This document shows, piece after piece, positions 1-8,941 of a DNA stretch of 39,010 nt (the first letter of the stretch is position 1; each line of letters opens with the position of its first letter). The translations under genes and the position numbers were made by a program. Source of the stretch: Patescibacteria group bacterium (GTDB lineage: Bacteria; Patescibacteriota; Patescibacteriia; Magasanikbacterales; JBBTQS01); assembly GCA_038065555.1 (NCBI GenBank), contig JBBTQS010000001.1, forward strand, positions 322,741 through 361,750, in the 5' to 3' direction. Below the pieces are notes generated by a model that had not been told where the DNA came from, searched no databases, and saw only the letters and a program-made list of their open reading frames with translations.

Positions 1-79
1 CAAGGCCTCAGAAATTGGGCCTCATGCGTCAGAATGACTCCCTGTCACAGGTACGCATGATGCTCAATTTCGAAAGTTG

Positions 80-108
80 ATACTACTCTATTTTAGCAGA
101 ATTGTCAA
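80..108 (-). promoter_or_regulatory. sigma70-type promoter for a transcript running off the left edge
   Basis: Minus strand reads TTGACA(108-103)-17 nt-TAGTAT(85-80), followed by hairpin-rich sequence (catgcgt...acgcatg). Confidence 0.7.
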
Positions 109-128
109 GACTCTGGTTGTTATAAATC

Positions 129-156
129 AAAAGGCCCACGAGTGATCGTGAGCCTT
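129..156 (-). terminator. intrinsic terminator after ORF 198-623
   Basis: Minus strand aaggctcacga-tcac-tcgtgggcctt followed by tt. Confidence 0.7.
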
Positions 157-197
157 CCGGTTGTTGTCGGTGCTACGTGAACCGCGCCACGCGGTTA

Positions 198-623
198 CTA
201 CACCGATCGTTCGCTGCGGCGTTTTCGTCGTTGCAGCTGCCGATTGCGACTCGCTCGACGCCGATGCGTCCGCGCGGTGCCCAGACCGTGGTACACGTGA
301 CGACCTCGAGGTGTGGTGGCGGCTCGGAAGGAGTCGGTATCCCCGAACTCCCAGTCCCACGCGACAGTATCCCTCACTGGTCCGTACCCACCCATGTCCT
401 CCTGTTCGTGTGACATGGCTGAACCGTAATCGTCCAAGTCGAGTCCTCTGCCGCCACAGAACAGGCAGTTGGGATGGGTACAACGAGCGCCACGCGTGCT
501 GATTGCCACCAGAAACGACATATCGAGCAGCTGCACCATCCAGTAGTGTTGCGTTGTGATGGCCCCCTGTTCAGGCGCTGTCACGGGTTGGGTCACTCTT
601 CCACATTTTCCATCTACACACAT
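198..623 (-). CDS. hypothetical protein (141 aa) with Cys cluster and Arg-rich tail
   Basis: SD GGAGGA (636-631) 7 nt before ATG at 623; own promoter and terminator; CTHPNCLFCGG motif. Confidence 0.6.
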   Translation of the reverse strand: MCVDGKCGRVTQPVTAPEQGAITTQHYWMVQLLDMSFLVAISTRGARCTHPNCLFCGGRGLDLDDYGSAMSHEQEDMGGYGPVRDTVAWDWEFGDTDSFRAATTPRGRHVYHGLGTARTHRRRASRNRQLQRRKRRSERSV

Positions 624-734
624 TGTGTATTCCTCCAGGAAAAGAGTTGGGGCACACAGGTCCGAGAAATCGGGCCTTGTGCACTGGTATGACTGATTGT
701 CACACTGGTGCAAAAGGCTCGGTTTCAAGTGTAG

Positions 735-763
735 ACTCTACTCCATTTTGGGGAGGGTGTCAA
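735..763 (-). promoter_or_regulatory. sigma70-type promoter of ORF 198-623
   Basis: TTGACA(763-758)-17 nt-TAGAGT(740-735). Confidence 0.65.
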
Positions 764-778
764 GGTCATGCGGACTGG

Positions 779-814
779 AAAAACAAAGACCTGGTGTGTT
801 AGACCAAGTCTTTG
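779..814 (-). terminator. intrinsic terminator after ORF 897-1481
   Basis: caaagac/gtctttg stem plus an inner tggt/acca stem; T-tract on the minus strand. Confidence 0.65.
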
Positions 815-896
815 CGTTTGTACCCACATTGGAGTTGAGACAATATCAGTCAGTGCTGCAGGAGTCGTGGTTACCCCACCACAAACGACTGATACA

Positions 897-1481
897 TCAC
901 ACCTTCTTACGTGATCGAGACGTGAAGCGTGCTTTTTGAGCATCGCAGCGCTCCTGCGCGATCCCGACGTCTGTGAATGTGAGGCCGACACGCTTGAGTG
1001 TTGCGCGCACCTCATCCCACTGATAATTCGTAAATCCTTCGCCGGTTTCCCACTTCTTGAACGCCATCTCTGCAAGCTTTCGGTACCCGGAGTGCTCGAG
1101 TCTCACCAACTGAGCCTCATCCATCCCGAGATCCTCGATGGTTCGGTTCGCTTTTCGAAGCAGAAGCCGCGCGCGGAGCACGTACTGCCGAGGCCGGTTC
1201 GAGTTGAAACGAAAGAACTCCTCGAACTTTACTGCCTCATCGCACAGGTATTTTGCCTCAGCCAGATCGCGCTCCTCGAGCAGAAATCTCAATCGGTCCT
1301 CGATGCGTCTCTTCTCATCCTCGCTCAAACGAGAACGAAGGAGGTAGCCGAGCGCCATGCGGACTTCTACATCGAGTCGACCGCTGGTAGCAGCACGCTC
1401 TGCTCGCTCGACAGCATGACGAGTCCATGCATCGAAGTCATCGAGCGGAAGTTTCGTCTTTCTCTTTTCTCGCATTGTCAT
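897..1481 (-). CDS. hypothetical alpha-helical protein (194 aa) with an internal duplication
   Basis: GGAGG (1490-1486) upstream of ATG 1481/1475; repeats LRKANRTIEDLGMDE and LKRVGLTFTDVGIAQ. Confidence 0.75.
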   Translation of the reverse strand: MTMREKRKTKLPLDDFDAWTRHAVERAERAATSGRLDVEVRMALGYLLRSRLSEDEKRRIEDRLRFLLEERDLAEAKYLCDEAVKFEEFFRFNSNRPRQYVLRARLLLRKANRTIEDLGMDEAQLVRLEHSGYRKLAEMAFKKWETGEGFTNYQWDEVRATLKRVGLTFTDVGIAQERCDAQKARFTSRSRKKV

Positions 1482-1546
1482 GCCCCCTCCACAGCTAACA
1501 TTTTTCGTTGCGCAAAACACGCCCTTGCGCGTTCACTCAACAAAGT

Positions 1547-1575
1547 ACGTTACAAGACAAAAGCTGAATGGTCAA
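1547..1575 (-). promoter_or_regulatory. sigma70-type promoter of ORF 897-1481
   Basis: TTGACC(1575-1570)-17 nt-TAACGT(1552-1547). Confidence 0.55.
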
Positions 1576-1585
1576 GAGCTGGGTG

Positions 1586-3223
1586 TCAGCCAATACACGC
1601 CCCCACAAATTCTCGGAACAATGGATGCGGCCTGCGCGGACGCGACTTGAACTCTGGGTGGAATTGCACACCGACAAACCATGGGTGATCTGGAAGCTCG
1701 ATGATTTCGACGAGGTCTTGTTCTTTGTTCACACCGGCAAAGGTCATGCCTGCACGCGTGAGCTCATCGCGGAAATCGTTGTTGAATTCGTAGCGATGTC
1801 GATGACGCTCGGAAATGTCAGCTGCCTTGTACGCAGCATACGCGCGCGTGCCGCGTGTGATCGTACAATCGTATGCGCCCAGACGCATCGTGCCACCGTA
1901 CCGCTTGTTCGCGACGTTCTTCTGCTGGTGCGGATTCATGATAATGACTGGATGCGGCGTCTTGGGATTGATCTCCTGCGTGTTAGCCTTTGTATGCCCG
2001 AGCACGGATCGGCTGAACTCTACGCACGCAAGTTGCATACCGTAGCAAATGCCGAAGTATGGAATCTTTTTCTCACGTACAAACTGTATAGCGCGGATCA
2101 CACCTTCGATGCCCCGTGATCCGAATCCGCCAGGAACGAGCACTCCATCGAAGTTCGCAAGCTCGCGCACAAGCGCTGGATCCTTCTCATATTGCTCGGC
2201 ATCAACCCAAGTGAGGACTGGTCTTGCATTGTGATGCCATGCTGCATGCTTGAGCGCCTCGATCACTGAGATGTATGAATCCGCGAGTGTGAAGTCTCCT
2301 GTGCCAAAATACTTACCAACCACAGCAATCTTCACTTCGCGTTTGCCGTCTTGCGCCGTCGCGATCTTGGTTGCAAATGCTTTGATTGCGCTGCTGTCTT
2401 TCTTGCGAGCGCGCAGGTTGAGTGTCTTGAGGAGTTTCTCGCCGAGCTTCTCGTTTTCGAGTCGCACAGGTACTTCATAAATCGACCGTGCGTCAGGCGC
2501 AGAGATCGCGTGATCAGCTGGCACACCACATGAAATCGCGAGCTTCGCACGACGTGGCGCATCGATCTCACGTTCTGCACGACAGATTATGAAATCTGCT
2601 TGGATTCCAGCGGAATTGAGCAGTCGCGCTGCGTGCTGCGTTGGTTTGGTTTTCATCTCCCCCACCATCGCAGGAATTGGCAAATAGCTCACGAGCACAA
2701 ATGCAACGTCCTTGGGCGAAGAGAGCTTCATCGTGCGCGCGGCTTCGAGGAAGAGAATGTTCTGGTACTCGCCGACAGTTCCACCGATTTCGATCACCGT
2801 AATCTCGGCGTTGTTCTTCGTGGCAGCAGCCTTGATGCGACGAATAATTTCTTCTGGAATATGTGGAACAACTTCTACACACTTTCCTTTGTATTCCAAG
2901 TTGCGTTCTTTGTGGATCACGGTCTCGTAGACACGCCCCGTCGTCATGTAGTTGGCTGACGTGAGATCAGTGTCGAGAAATCGCTCGTAGTTGCCCATGT
3001 CCTGATCTGTCTCATCGCCATCGTCCGTTACGAAGACTTCACCGTGCTCTGTTGGATTCATGGTTCCCGCGTCGATGTTCACGTACGGATCAGCCTTCAC
3101 CGCCGTCACCGTGAACCCTTTGGTCTGCAAAATCTGCCCAATACTTGCCGCGGTAATCCCCTTGCCAACCGAGGACATCACACCGCCCACCACAAAAATA
3201 AACTTCTTGGATTTCTTTGCCAT
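1586..3223 (-). CDS. pyrG: CTP synthase
   Basis: FVVGGVMSSVGKG, DAGTMNPTEHGEVFVTDDG, GICYGMQ, ERHRHRYE, QFHPEF; start chosen at MAKKSKKF. Confidence 0.98.
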   Translation of the reverse strand: MAKKSKKFIFVVGGVMSSVGKGITAASIGQILQTKGFTVTAVKADPYVNIDAGTMNPTEHGEVFVTDDGDETDQDMGNYERFLDTDLTSANYMTTGRVYETVIHKERNLEYKGKCVEVVPHIPEEIIRRIKAAATKNNAEITVIEIGGTVGEYQNILFLEAARTMKLSSPKDVAFVLVSYLPIPAMVGEMKTKPTQHAARLLNSAGIQADFIICRAEREIDAPRRAKLAISCGVPADHAISAPDARSIYEVPVRLENEKLGEKLLKTLNLRARKKDSSAIKAFATKIATAQDGKREVKIAVVGKYFGTGDFTLADSYISVIEALKHAAWHHNARPVLTWVDAEQYEKDPALVRELANFDGVLVPGGFGSRGIEGVIRAIQFVREKKIPYFGICYGMQLACVEFSRSVLGHTKANTQEINPKTPHPVIIMNPHQQKNVANKRYGGTMRLGAYDCTITRGTRAYAAYKAADISERHRHRYEFNNDFRDELTRAGMTFAGVNKEQDLVEIIELPDHPWFVGVQFHPEFKSRPRRPHPLFREFVGACIG

Positions 3224-3316
3224 AGCGGAGAATATGAATTCGCGGACAGTATACCAATGATCAATGTCAGGCACCAGTGGCGTAGCAGAGCGATTGCATG
3301 ACACTGTGACGCCGTA

Positions 3317-3468
3317 ACCTAAATAACAGTTGGGGGTGGGTGGAACGGGGTACGACATACTCCGCCCTTCGGGTCGGAGTTGTCTCGTACTCGCCTCCGT
3401 GCCCCTCGCATCGGGGCACTCGGCTCCGTAAGCCCCCTTATCCACCCACCCCCAACTGTTATTTAGGT
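3317..3468. repeat. 152-bp element bounded by perfect 28-bp inverted repeats (MITE/REPIN-like)
   Basis: acctaaataacagttgggggtgggtgga (3317-3344) is the exact reverse complement of 3441-3468; internal hairpins include a cTTCGg loop. Confidence 0.8.
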
Positions 3469-3472
3469 CGCG

Positions 3473-3501
3473 TTGACAAAATGACGTGAAATGGCTATGA
3501 T
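3473..3501 (+). promoter_or_regulatory. era promoter (near-leaderless transcript)
   Basis: TTGACA-17 nt-TATGAT, with ATG 9 nt downstream. Confidence 0.75.
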
Positions 3502-3510
3502 GCGCCAGTT

Positions 3511-4395
3511 ATGTCTGAACCAATCATCCGCAAATCTGGATTCGCAGTGCTCATGGGACGCTCCAACGTGGGCAAGTCCTCGCTTTTGAATACCCTCGTG
3601 GGTACCAAAATCGCTGCTGTGACCTCCAAACCGCAGACTACCCGTGACGCAATTCACGGCGTTGTGCACGATCCTGTTCGCGGGCAAATTGTGTTCGTAG
3701 ACACCCCGGGTATCCTCAAGGAACGCCACAGTGTGCTCTCAGGATTGCTCCAGACCCGCGTACAGGAGGCACTTGAGGGCGTAGACTGTATTCTCTACGT
3801 TGTCGACCCTACGCGCGACATTGGAGACGAAGAGCGCTACACCCTTGCTCTCATCCGCAAGCTCACCATTCCGAAGATTCTCGTCATCAACAAAATCGAC
3901 GACCCTGATAAGCCGTACCTTGCAGAATACCGATTCCTCAAGGAGGACGAGCACTTCGATCAAGTAATCGAAATCTCCGCGCTTCGCGCACGCCACATCG
4001 AATCGCTCAAGGATCTCGTGTTCCAATACATGGAGCCGACGCCTGAGGAAGCGATGCCCTACCCAGAGTCGCAGCACACCAACGTCAACCACCATTTCTT
4101 CATTTCCGAAATTATCCGCGAAAAGGTATTTCTCACGACCGAAAAAGAAGTTCCATACTCAGTAATGGTACACGTTGACAACGTCGAAGAAAAAGACACA
4201 TTGCTCGTCATCGCCGCTCGCATCATCACCACCGCAGACCGCTACAAGAAGATGATCATCGGCCAAGGTGGAAGCAAGATCAAAGAAATCGGCACGCTCG
4301 CTCGCAAGGAATTGGAGCAAGCAACCAATCGCAAAGTCTTCCTCGAACTCCAGGTCGAGACGAATGCGAAGTGGGAGACGCAGTTCGAAGTGTAA
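3511..4395 (+). CDS. era: GTPase Era
   Basis: GRSNVGKSS, KPQTTR, DTPG, NKID, KH-domain MIIGQGG. Confidence 0.97.
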   Translation: MSEPIIRKSGFAVLMGRSNVGKSSLLNTLVGTKIAAVTSKPQTTRDAIHGVVHDPVRGQIVFVDTPGILKERHSVLSGLLQTRVQEALEGVDCILYVVDPTRDIGDEERYTLALIRKLTIPKILVINKIDDPDKPYLAEYRFLKEDEHFDQVIEISALRARHIESLKDLVFQYMEPTPEEAMPYPESQHTNVNHHFFISEIIREKVFLTTEKEVPYSVMVHVDNVEEKDTLLVIAARIITTADRYKKMIIGQGGSKIKEIGTLARKELEQATNRKVFLELQVETNAKWETQFEV

Positions 4396-4407
4396 CCCTC
4401 AGCAGGC

Positions 4408-4659
4408 TCACCCTGCTGTCCTCAATATTCCATGACGCCTGAGTAAGGCGTTTGTTGCCGTATATTCATCCTCGATGCGCTCTAAACGGCGTAGAACAAT
4501 ATCCTGGTGTTGGTGAATTGTATCTTCCAATGAAACGAATCGTTGATCATGTATATCCAGTCGCTGCTCAACGTTATCAATGCGACCGCCAAGCTCAGCC
4601 AACAACATATTCGCTGTATCGTGGATGACTTGAACGATTTCTGTGTGTTCTGGTGACAT
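4408..4659 (-). CDS. small coiled-coil hypothetical protein (start could be 4671)
   Basis: Heptad-like RIDNVEQRLDIHDQRFVSLED; fills the intergenic space. Confidence 0.65.
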   Translation of the reverse strand: MSPEHTEIVQVIHDTANMLLAELGGRIDNVEQRLDIHDQRFVSLEDTIHQHQDIVLRRLERIEDEYTATNALLRRHGILRTAG

Positions 4660-4728
4660 ACACTGTTGCATATAGTGGTGGTTAACCCCTCCCATCCCAC
4701 GCTACATCCTTTTTTGTGACGCTGTCTC

Positions 4729-4737
4729 TGTGGATAA
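4729..4737 (-). promoter_or_regulatory. single consensus DnaA box
   Basis: TTATCCACA on the minus strand, intergenic. Confidence 0.35.
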
Positions 4738-5106
4738 CTACCGGCCACGGATGACCTCAATATCTGCTGCAATTTGCGCTGTAAGTGCTTCTAGCGAATC
4801 AAAATGCGCCAACGGTCGTACCAGCTCCCCAATTGCAAACTCGACTGATCGGCCATAGAGATCGCCAGACCAGTCGAGAATATATGCTTCACATTTGGGT
4901 GGATTGTCATCTCGGAAATTGCCACCCACAACAATCGCTGCGAGGTGCGACTCTTCCCCCTCTTCTCCATCCCACGTAACCGTTCCCACAAAAACGCCAT
5001 GCGCAAGTGTAGTACCCGCAGGTAGCTCGTACGACAGATTAACTGTGGGATAACCGAGCTCTCTGGCCTGGCGTAACCCAGGCACAATCGTACCGACGAG
5101 CTTCAT
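4738..5106 (-). CDS. stand-alone riboflavin kinase (RibF C-terminal domain)
   Basis: RELGYPTVN, EAYILDWSGDLYG, RPLAHFDSLEALTAQIAADI. Confidence 0.88.
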   Translation of the reverse strand: MKLVGTIVPGLRQARELGYPTVNLSYELPAGTTLAHGVFVGTVTWDGEEGEESHLAAIVVGGNFRDDNPPKCEAYILDWSGDLYGRSVEFAIGELVRPLAHFDSLEALTAQIAADIEVIRGR

Positions 5107-5107
5107 G

Positions 5108-6397
5108 CTATTTGCCCTTGAGGAAGAATTGCACAGCGCGTTCGAGCTGCGTGTCGACTTCCTTACCATTTTTCTTTACAGGAGTCTTGGGCAACTCTGA
5201 CACGATGTCTGGAGTAATACCCTTGTCATTAATTGCGCGATCCTTCGGTGTGAGCCACTCAGCAACAGTAATCTTGAGACTCGACTGATCTGCAAACTGC
5301 TCGAAATCCTGAACAGACCCCTTACCAAACGTCGTCGTTCCAATAATTTTTGCCTTATTATGATCCTGGAGTGCGCCTGCCATAATCTCTGAAGCAGACG
5401 CGGATCCACCATTCACGAGAATTACCGTTGGAATTCCGCGCAACCGATGCATACCGTTTGCGGTGAATGATTTATTTTGGGATGGGTTGCGGAACTTCTC
5501 CTTCACCACAACAGCATCCTGGTCCAACCACTCACTCGAGAGACTGACTGCGAGATCCAAGAACCCACCTGGATTGTTGCGCAGGTCGAGAATAATGCCC
5601 TTTGGTTTTTTCGATTGCACGTTGGCGACCATCTTGTCGAACTCCTTGGCAACCTGATCGTTGAACTGCGCAATGCGCACATACATAATGCCATCTGCGC
5701 GACGCTCCCATGTTACTGCTGGAATATCGATGCGCTGACGTGTAATCTTGATCACACGTGTGTCCTTCTCGCCTTTGCGGTAGATGGTGAGTGCGACGAT
5801 TGAGCCCTTGGGCCCACGGATTTTGCGCACCGCCTGCTCTACAGAGAATCCTGCGGTGTCGAGATCGTTGATTTTGAGAATTGCATCACCACTCTTGAGC
5901 CCTGCTTTCTCCGCAGGAGATCCGACAAGTGGTGTGATAACAACAATGCCTGTTTCTTCTTTGCCAATCTCTGCGCCAATGCCGTCGAACGCGCCCTCGA
6001 GTTCACTCACAAATTCCTTGCTCTGTTCTGGTGGAAAGAATTGTGAATACGGATCGCCAAGTGACGCAACCATTCCTTCAAGCGATCCATAAAAAAGCGC
6101 AGACTCATCGACCTGCCCCTTCACATACTTGGACTGCACGAGATCATGCACCGTGCCGAACAACTGGCGTTGCGACGCATTCTGCCAAGGACTGCTGAGC
6201 AAATCGATCGTAACGGAGTTCGTTGCTGCGAGAATATTCTGCGCCCGTCCATCGCCCAACGATCCACCCAAATACACACCGAAGGCAAAAACAAAGAGTA
6301 CACCAATCACACGGACGTATCGCGAAACGAATTCGCGAGAGCGACGTGTTGCAGGTGACTCCATTGGTGACTGAGGATCCTGTGGCATTTGGTCCAT
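5108..6397 (-). CDS. ctpA: S41 carboxyl-terminal processing protease with PDZ domain
   Basis: N-terminal TM, LGDPYS, GIGAEI, DLRNNPGG, SASASEI, TFGKGSVQ. Confidence 0.93.
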   Translation of the reverse strand: MDQMPQDPQSPMESPATRRSREFVSRYVRVIGVLFVFAFGVYLGGSLGDGRAQNILAATNSVTIDLLSSPWQNASQRQLFGTVHDLVQSKYVKGQVDESALFYGSLEGMVASLGDPYSQFFPPEQSKEFVSELEGAFDGIGAEIGKEETGIVVITPLVGSPAEKAGLKSGDAILKINDLDTAGFSVEQAVRKIRGPKGSIVALTIYRKGEKDTRVIKITRQRIDIPAVTWERRADGIMYVRIAQFNDQVAKEFDKMVANVQSKKPKGIILDLRNNPGGFLDLAVSLSSEWLDQDAVVVKEKFRNPSQNKSFTANGMHRLRGIPTVILVNGGSASASEIMAGALQDHNKAKIIGTTTFGKGSVQDFEQFADQSSLKITVAEWLTPKDRAINDKGITPDIVSELPKTPVKKNGKEVDTQLERAVQFFLKGK

Positions 6398-6407
6398 AGT
6401 AAATGGC

Positions 6408-7670
6408 TTATTCAGTGACGCGTTCAATATCTACACCAAGCGCACGAAGACGCTCGTCGATTCGTTCGTAACCGCGGTCGATCTGATAAATATTTTGGAT
6501 GATGGTTTCGCCTGTTGCAATACACCCTGCAAGGAGAAGTGCCATGCCTGCACGGATATCTGGGCTTTCGATTGTCTTGCCACGCAACTGCGTTGGACCG
6601 TTCACAATCACCCGATGTGGATCACACATGACGATGGATGCGCCCATGCGGTTGAGTGTATCTGTGTAGAACAATCGTCCTTCGAACACTGTCTCGTGCA
6701 CCATACTCATTCCCTGCGCCTGCGTGAGCAGCACCGTCATCGGAGCCTGCAAGTCAGTAACAAATCCTGGATACTCGTGCGTGCGCATGTCACTAGCGCG
6801 AAGTGGTGTTGTATAAGACTGCACCGTGAGTGTGTCTGCAGTCTTCGTGTATGGCACACCGATGCGATCGAACATGGAGAGCACGCTCTCAATATGTTCC
6901 GTGACACAGTCGGTAATTGTGACAGTCGAACGCGTCGCTGCTGCAAGAATCGCAAACGTCCCTGCTTCGATACGATCTGGCATACATGCCCACTCGATAC
7001 CTGTGAGCGATTCCACACCTTCGATCACAATCGTGGTTGTTCCAGCACCGGTGATGTTGGCTCCGCACGCATTGAGCATGCGCGCCAACTCAATCACTTC
7101 AGGCTCACATGCGGCGTTCTTGAGCACGGTTCTCCCCTGCGCACGTGTTGCTGTGATCATGAGCGACTCTGTAGCAGTAACACTCACAACAGGGAAGAAA
7201 ATTTCTGCGCCATGAAGTTGCGTTGCCTCAAAGACAAAGGCGTCAGCGTCTTCCTCCACATTTGCACCCATCGCGCGAAACCCATCAATAAAAATATCGA
7301 TCGGTCGACGTCCCAATACGCACCCACCAGGGTGAGGAATGCGTACACTTCCCAATCGCGACAATAATGGTCCGATCAGGAGAATCGATGCGCGGATTTT
7401 GCCTGCCTGCGTCGCTGTCAAATCATTCGAAATATTCGAAGCATCGATATGCAATGTGTGTGCATCACCATCATGCGTGAGCGTTGCACCAAGTGCAGTC
7501 ATAATCTCTCGCATGCGTCGCACGTCCTCGATTTCTGGAACGTTCGTCATGCTCAGTGGGCCATCCATCATGATAGCGGCACCAAAACACTTCAACGCGA
7601 AATTCTTCGCGCCTGATACTGCGATTGACCCTGAAAGTTGCTTTTGTCCGTGAATGCGATAGTATTCCAT
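6408..7670 (-). CDS. murA: UDP-N-acetylglucosamine 1-carboxyvinyltransferase
   Basis: SGAKN, RASIL, PGGCVLGRRPID, PDRIEAGT, YPGFVTDLQ, IDRGYE. Confidence 0.97.
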   Translation of the reverse strand: MEYYRIHGQKQLSGSIAVSGAKNFALKCFGAAIMMDGPLSMTNVPEIEDVRRMREIMTALGATLTHDGDAHTLHIDASNISNDLTATQAGKIRASILLIGPLLSRLGSVRIPHPGGCVLGRRPIDIFIDGFRAMGANVEEDADAFVFEATQLHGAEIFFPVVSVTATESLMITATRAQGRTVLKNAACEPEVIELARMLNACGANITGAGTTTIVIEGVESLTGIEWACMPDRIEAGTFAILAAATRSTVTITDCVTEHIESVLSMFDRIGVPYTKTADTLTVQSYTTPLRASDMRTHEYPGFVTDLQAPMTVLLTQAQGMSMVHETVFEGRLFYTDTLNRMGASIVMCDPHRVIVNGPTQLRGKTIESPDIRAGMALLLAGCIATGETIIQNIYQIDRGYERIDERLRALGVDIERVTE

Positions 7671-7696
7671 ACAGTATCGAGTGTACCCGAGAACCT

Positions 7697-8926
7697 ATGC
7701 CTGTGCAAGCTGGACCAAGTCGACGATTTCGCCGTATCATGTTCGCCATTTTTATGGCGAGTTTTGTCATTGTGACCACCCTCGTACTTCTCGAAGGAAA
7801 TGGGTATATCATCCACTTCCCCAGCCGCACGCTCATCACCACAGGATCAATGTTAGTGAAGGTCGAACCAACTGACGCCGTGGTCACTGTTGCAGGTGTT
7901 GCACACACGAAGGGCTCTCCAGTGCGCATCACCCGCATCACTCCACGAACCGTACCAGTTCGCATCGAAGCACCTGGATATCACACGTGGTCCAAGCGTC
8001 TCACGATCGATCCGCAGCACGCCACATTCGTAGACACAGTCCTCATTCGCAACAGCGAGCCAATTGTGATCCAAACCTTCCCAGCCAACCACCAAATCTC
8101 ACTCTCTCCAGATGGCGCGACGGTGTTGCAGTGGAATCCAGGTTCTGTCGGAGTGACAAGCACCCAAATCACAACGATTACAGACAACGGCGCAGTCGTG
8201 CACACGATTGCTACACCGTTTTCGCCAACAGCGCTGACAGTTACGTGGAGTGCAGATAGCGCACGCGCAGCACTGGCATGGAGCGCAGGTACTCGTCACG
8301 CTACCTATATTTTTTCGAGCGTAAAACAAGAATTCTTCGGGACACTCGAGCATGATCAACTCACCTTTGTAGGTTGGGATCCTGCGTCACCTTGGGTTGC
8401 CATTGCACGTGGAGCCGATGGATCGCTTTTCAACTTTCATGCCATCACGCACGAAATAACGGCGCGTACAGGATCTGGTACGCCCCTTGTTCGTGATCAG
8501 CGCGCACTGTATGTCGCTGATCCAGTAACGCGCACAGTGTCTGTTACTCCACTCACGGGAGATGATGAGCCGACCGTGCTCGCCATTGATGCAACCAGCG
8601 GCAGAAGTTCCGAAGAAGCAACACTCCTCACCAATGATTTCGAGCTGTGGTATTCACACCAAGGAAGTCCGTTCGCGCTCATGGCGCGTACCAGTGATCC
8701 TATTATCGCTGCATATCCAGTTCCAGGAATGCCATACGCACTTCTGCTTACCAAATCGCGCGTGCAGCTCCATGAGTTCGATGGGCGCGATGCTCGTGCT
8801 GCTTATACACTCTTGGGCGATCGACGTGTAGAACAAGTTGGTGTCGAATCCCGTGGACGCAAAATTCGCGCCATCACTACCGAGCCTTCTGGCGCACGCG
8901 CACTTGTTGATCTCTGGATTCGCTAG
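7697..8926 (+). CDS. membrane-anchored PEGA-domain / beta-propeller-like protein
   Basis: TM helix, then TGSMLVKVEPTDAVVTV...VRIEAPGYHTWSK (PEGA-like), then SLSPDG and WSADS propeller-like motifs. Confidence 0.75.
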   Translation: MPVQAGPSRRFRRIMFAIFMASFVIVTTLVLLEGNGYIIHFPSRTLITTGSMLVKVEPTDAVVTVAGVAHTKGSPVRITRITPRTVPVRIEAPGYHTWSKRLTIDPQHATFVDTVLIRNSEPIVIQTFPANHQISLSPDGATVLQWNPGSVGVTSTQITTITDNGAVVHTIATPFSPTALTVTWSADSARAALAWSAGTRHATYIFSSVKQEFFGTLEHDQLTFVGWDPASPWVAIARGADGSLFNFHAITHEITARTGSGTPLVRDQRALYVADPVTRTVSVTPLTGDDEPTVLAIDATSGRSSEEATLLTNDFELWYSHQGSPFALMARTSDPIIAAYPVPGMPYALLLTKSRVQLHEFDGRDARAAYTLLGDRRVEQVGVESRGRKIRAITTEPSGARALVDLWIR

Positions 8927-8941
8927 ACGCAATCCTACGCG

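Noticed and set aside
3224-3445. N-terminal extensions in the ORF track (pyrG, also GT4, the reductase and 17948-18460)
   Set aside because: They run through promoters, the inverted-repeat element or neighbouring genes; downstream ATGs fit family N-termini better.
4729-4737. Replication origin
   Set aside because: Only isolated DnaA boxes (also one-mismatch copies at 3438 and 36942); no cluster, AT-rich unwinding region or dnaA.
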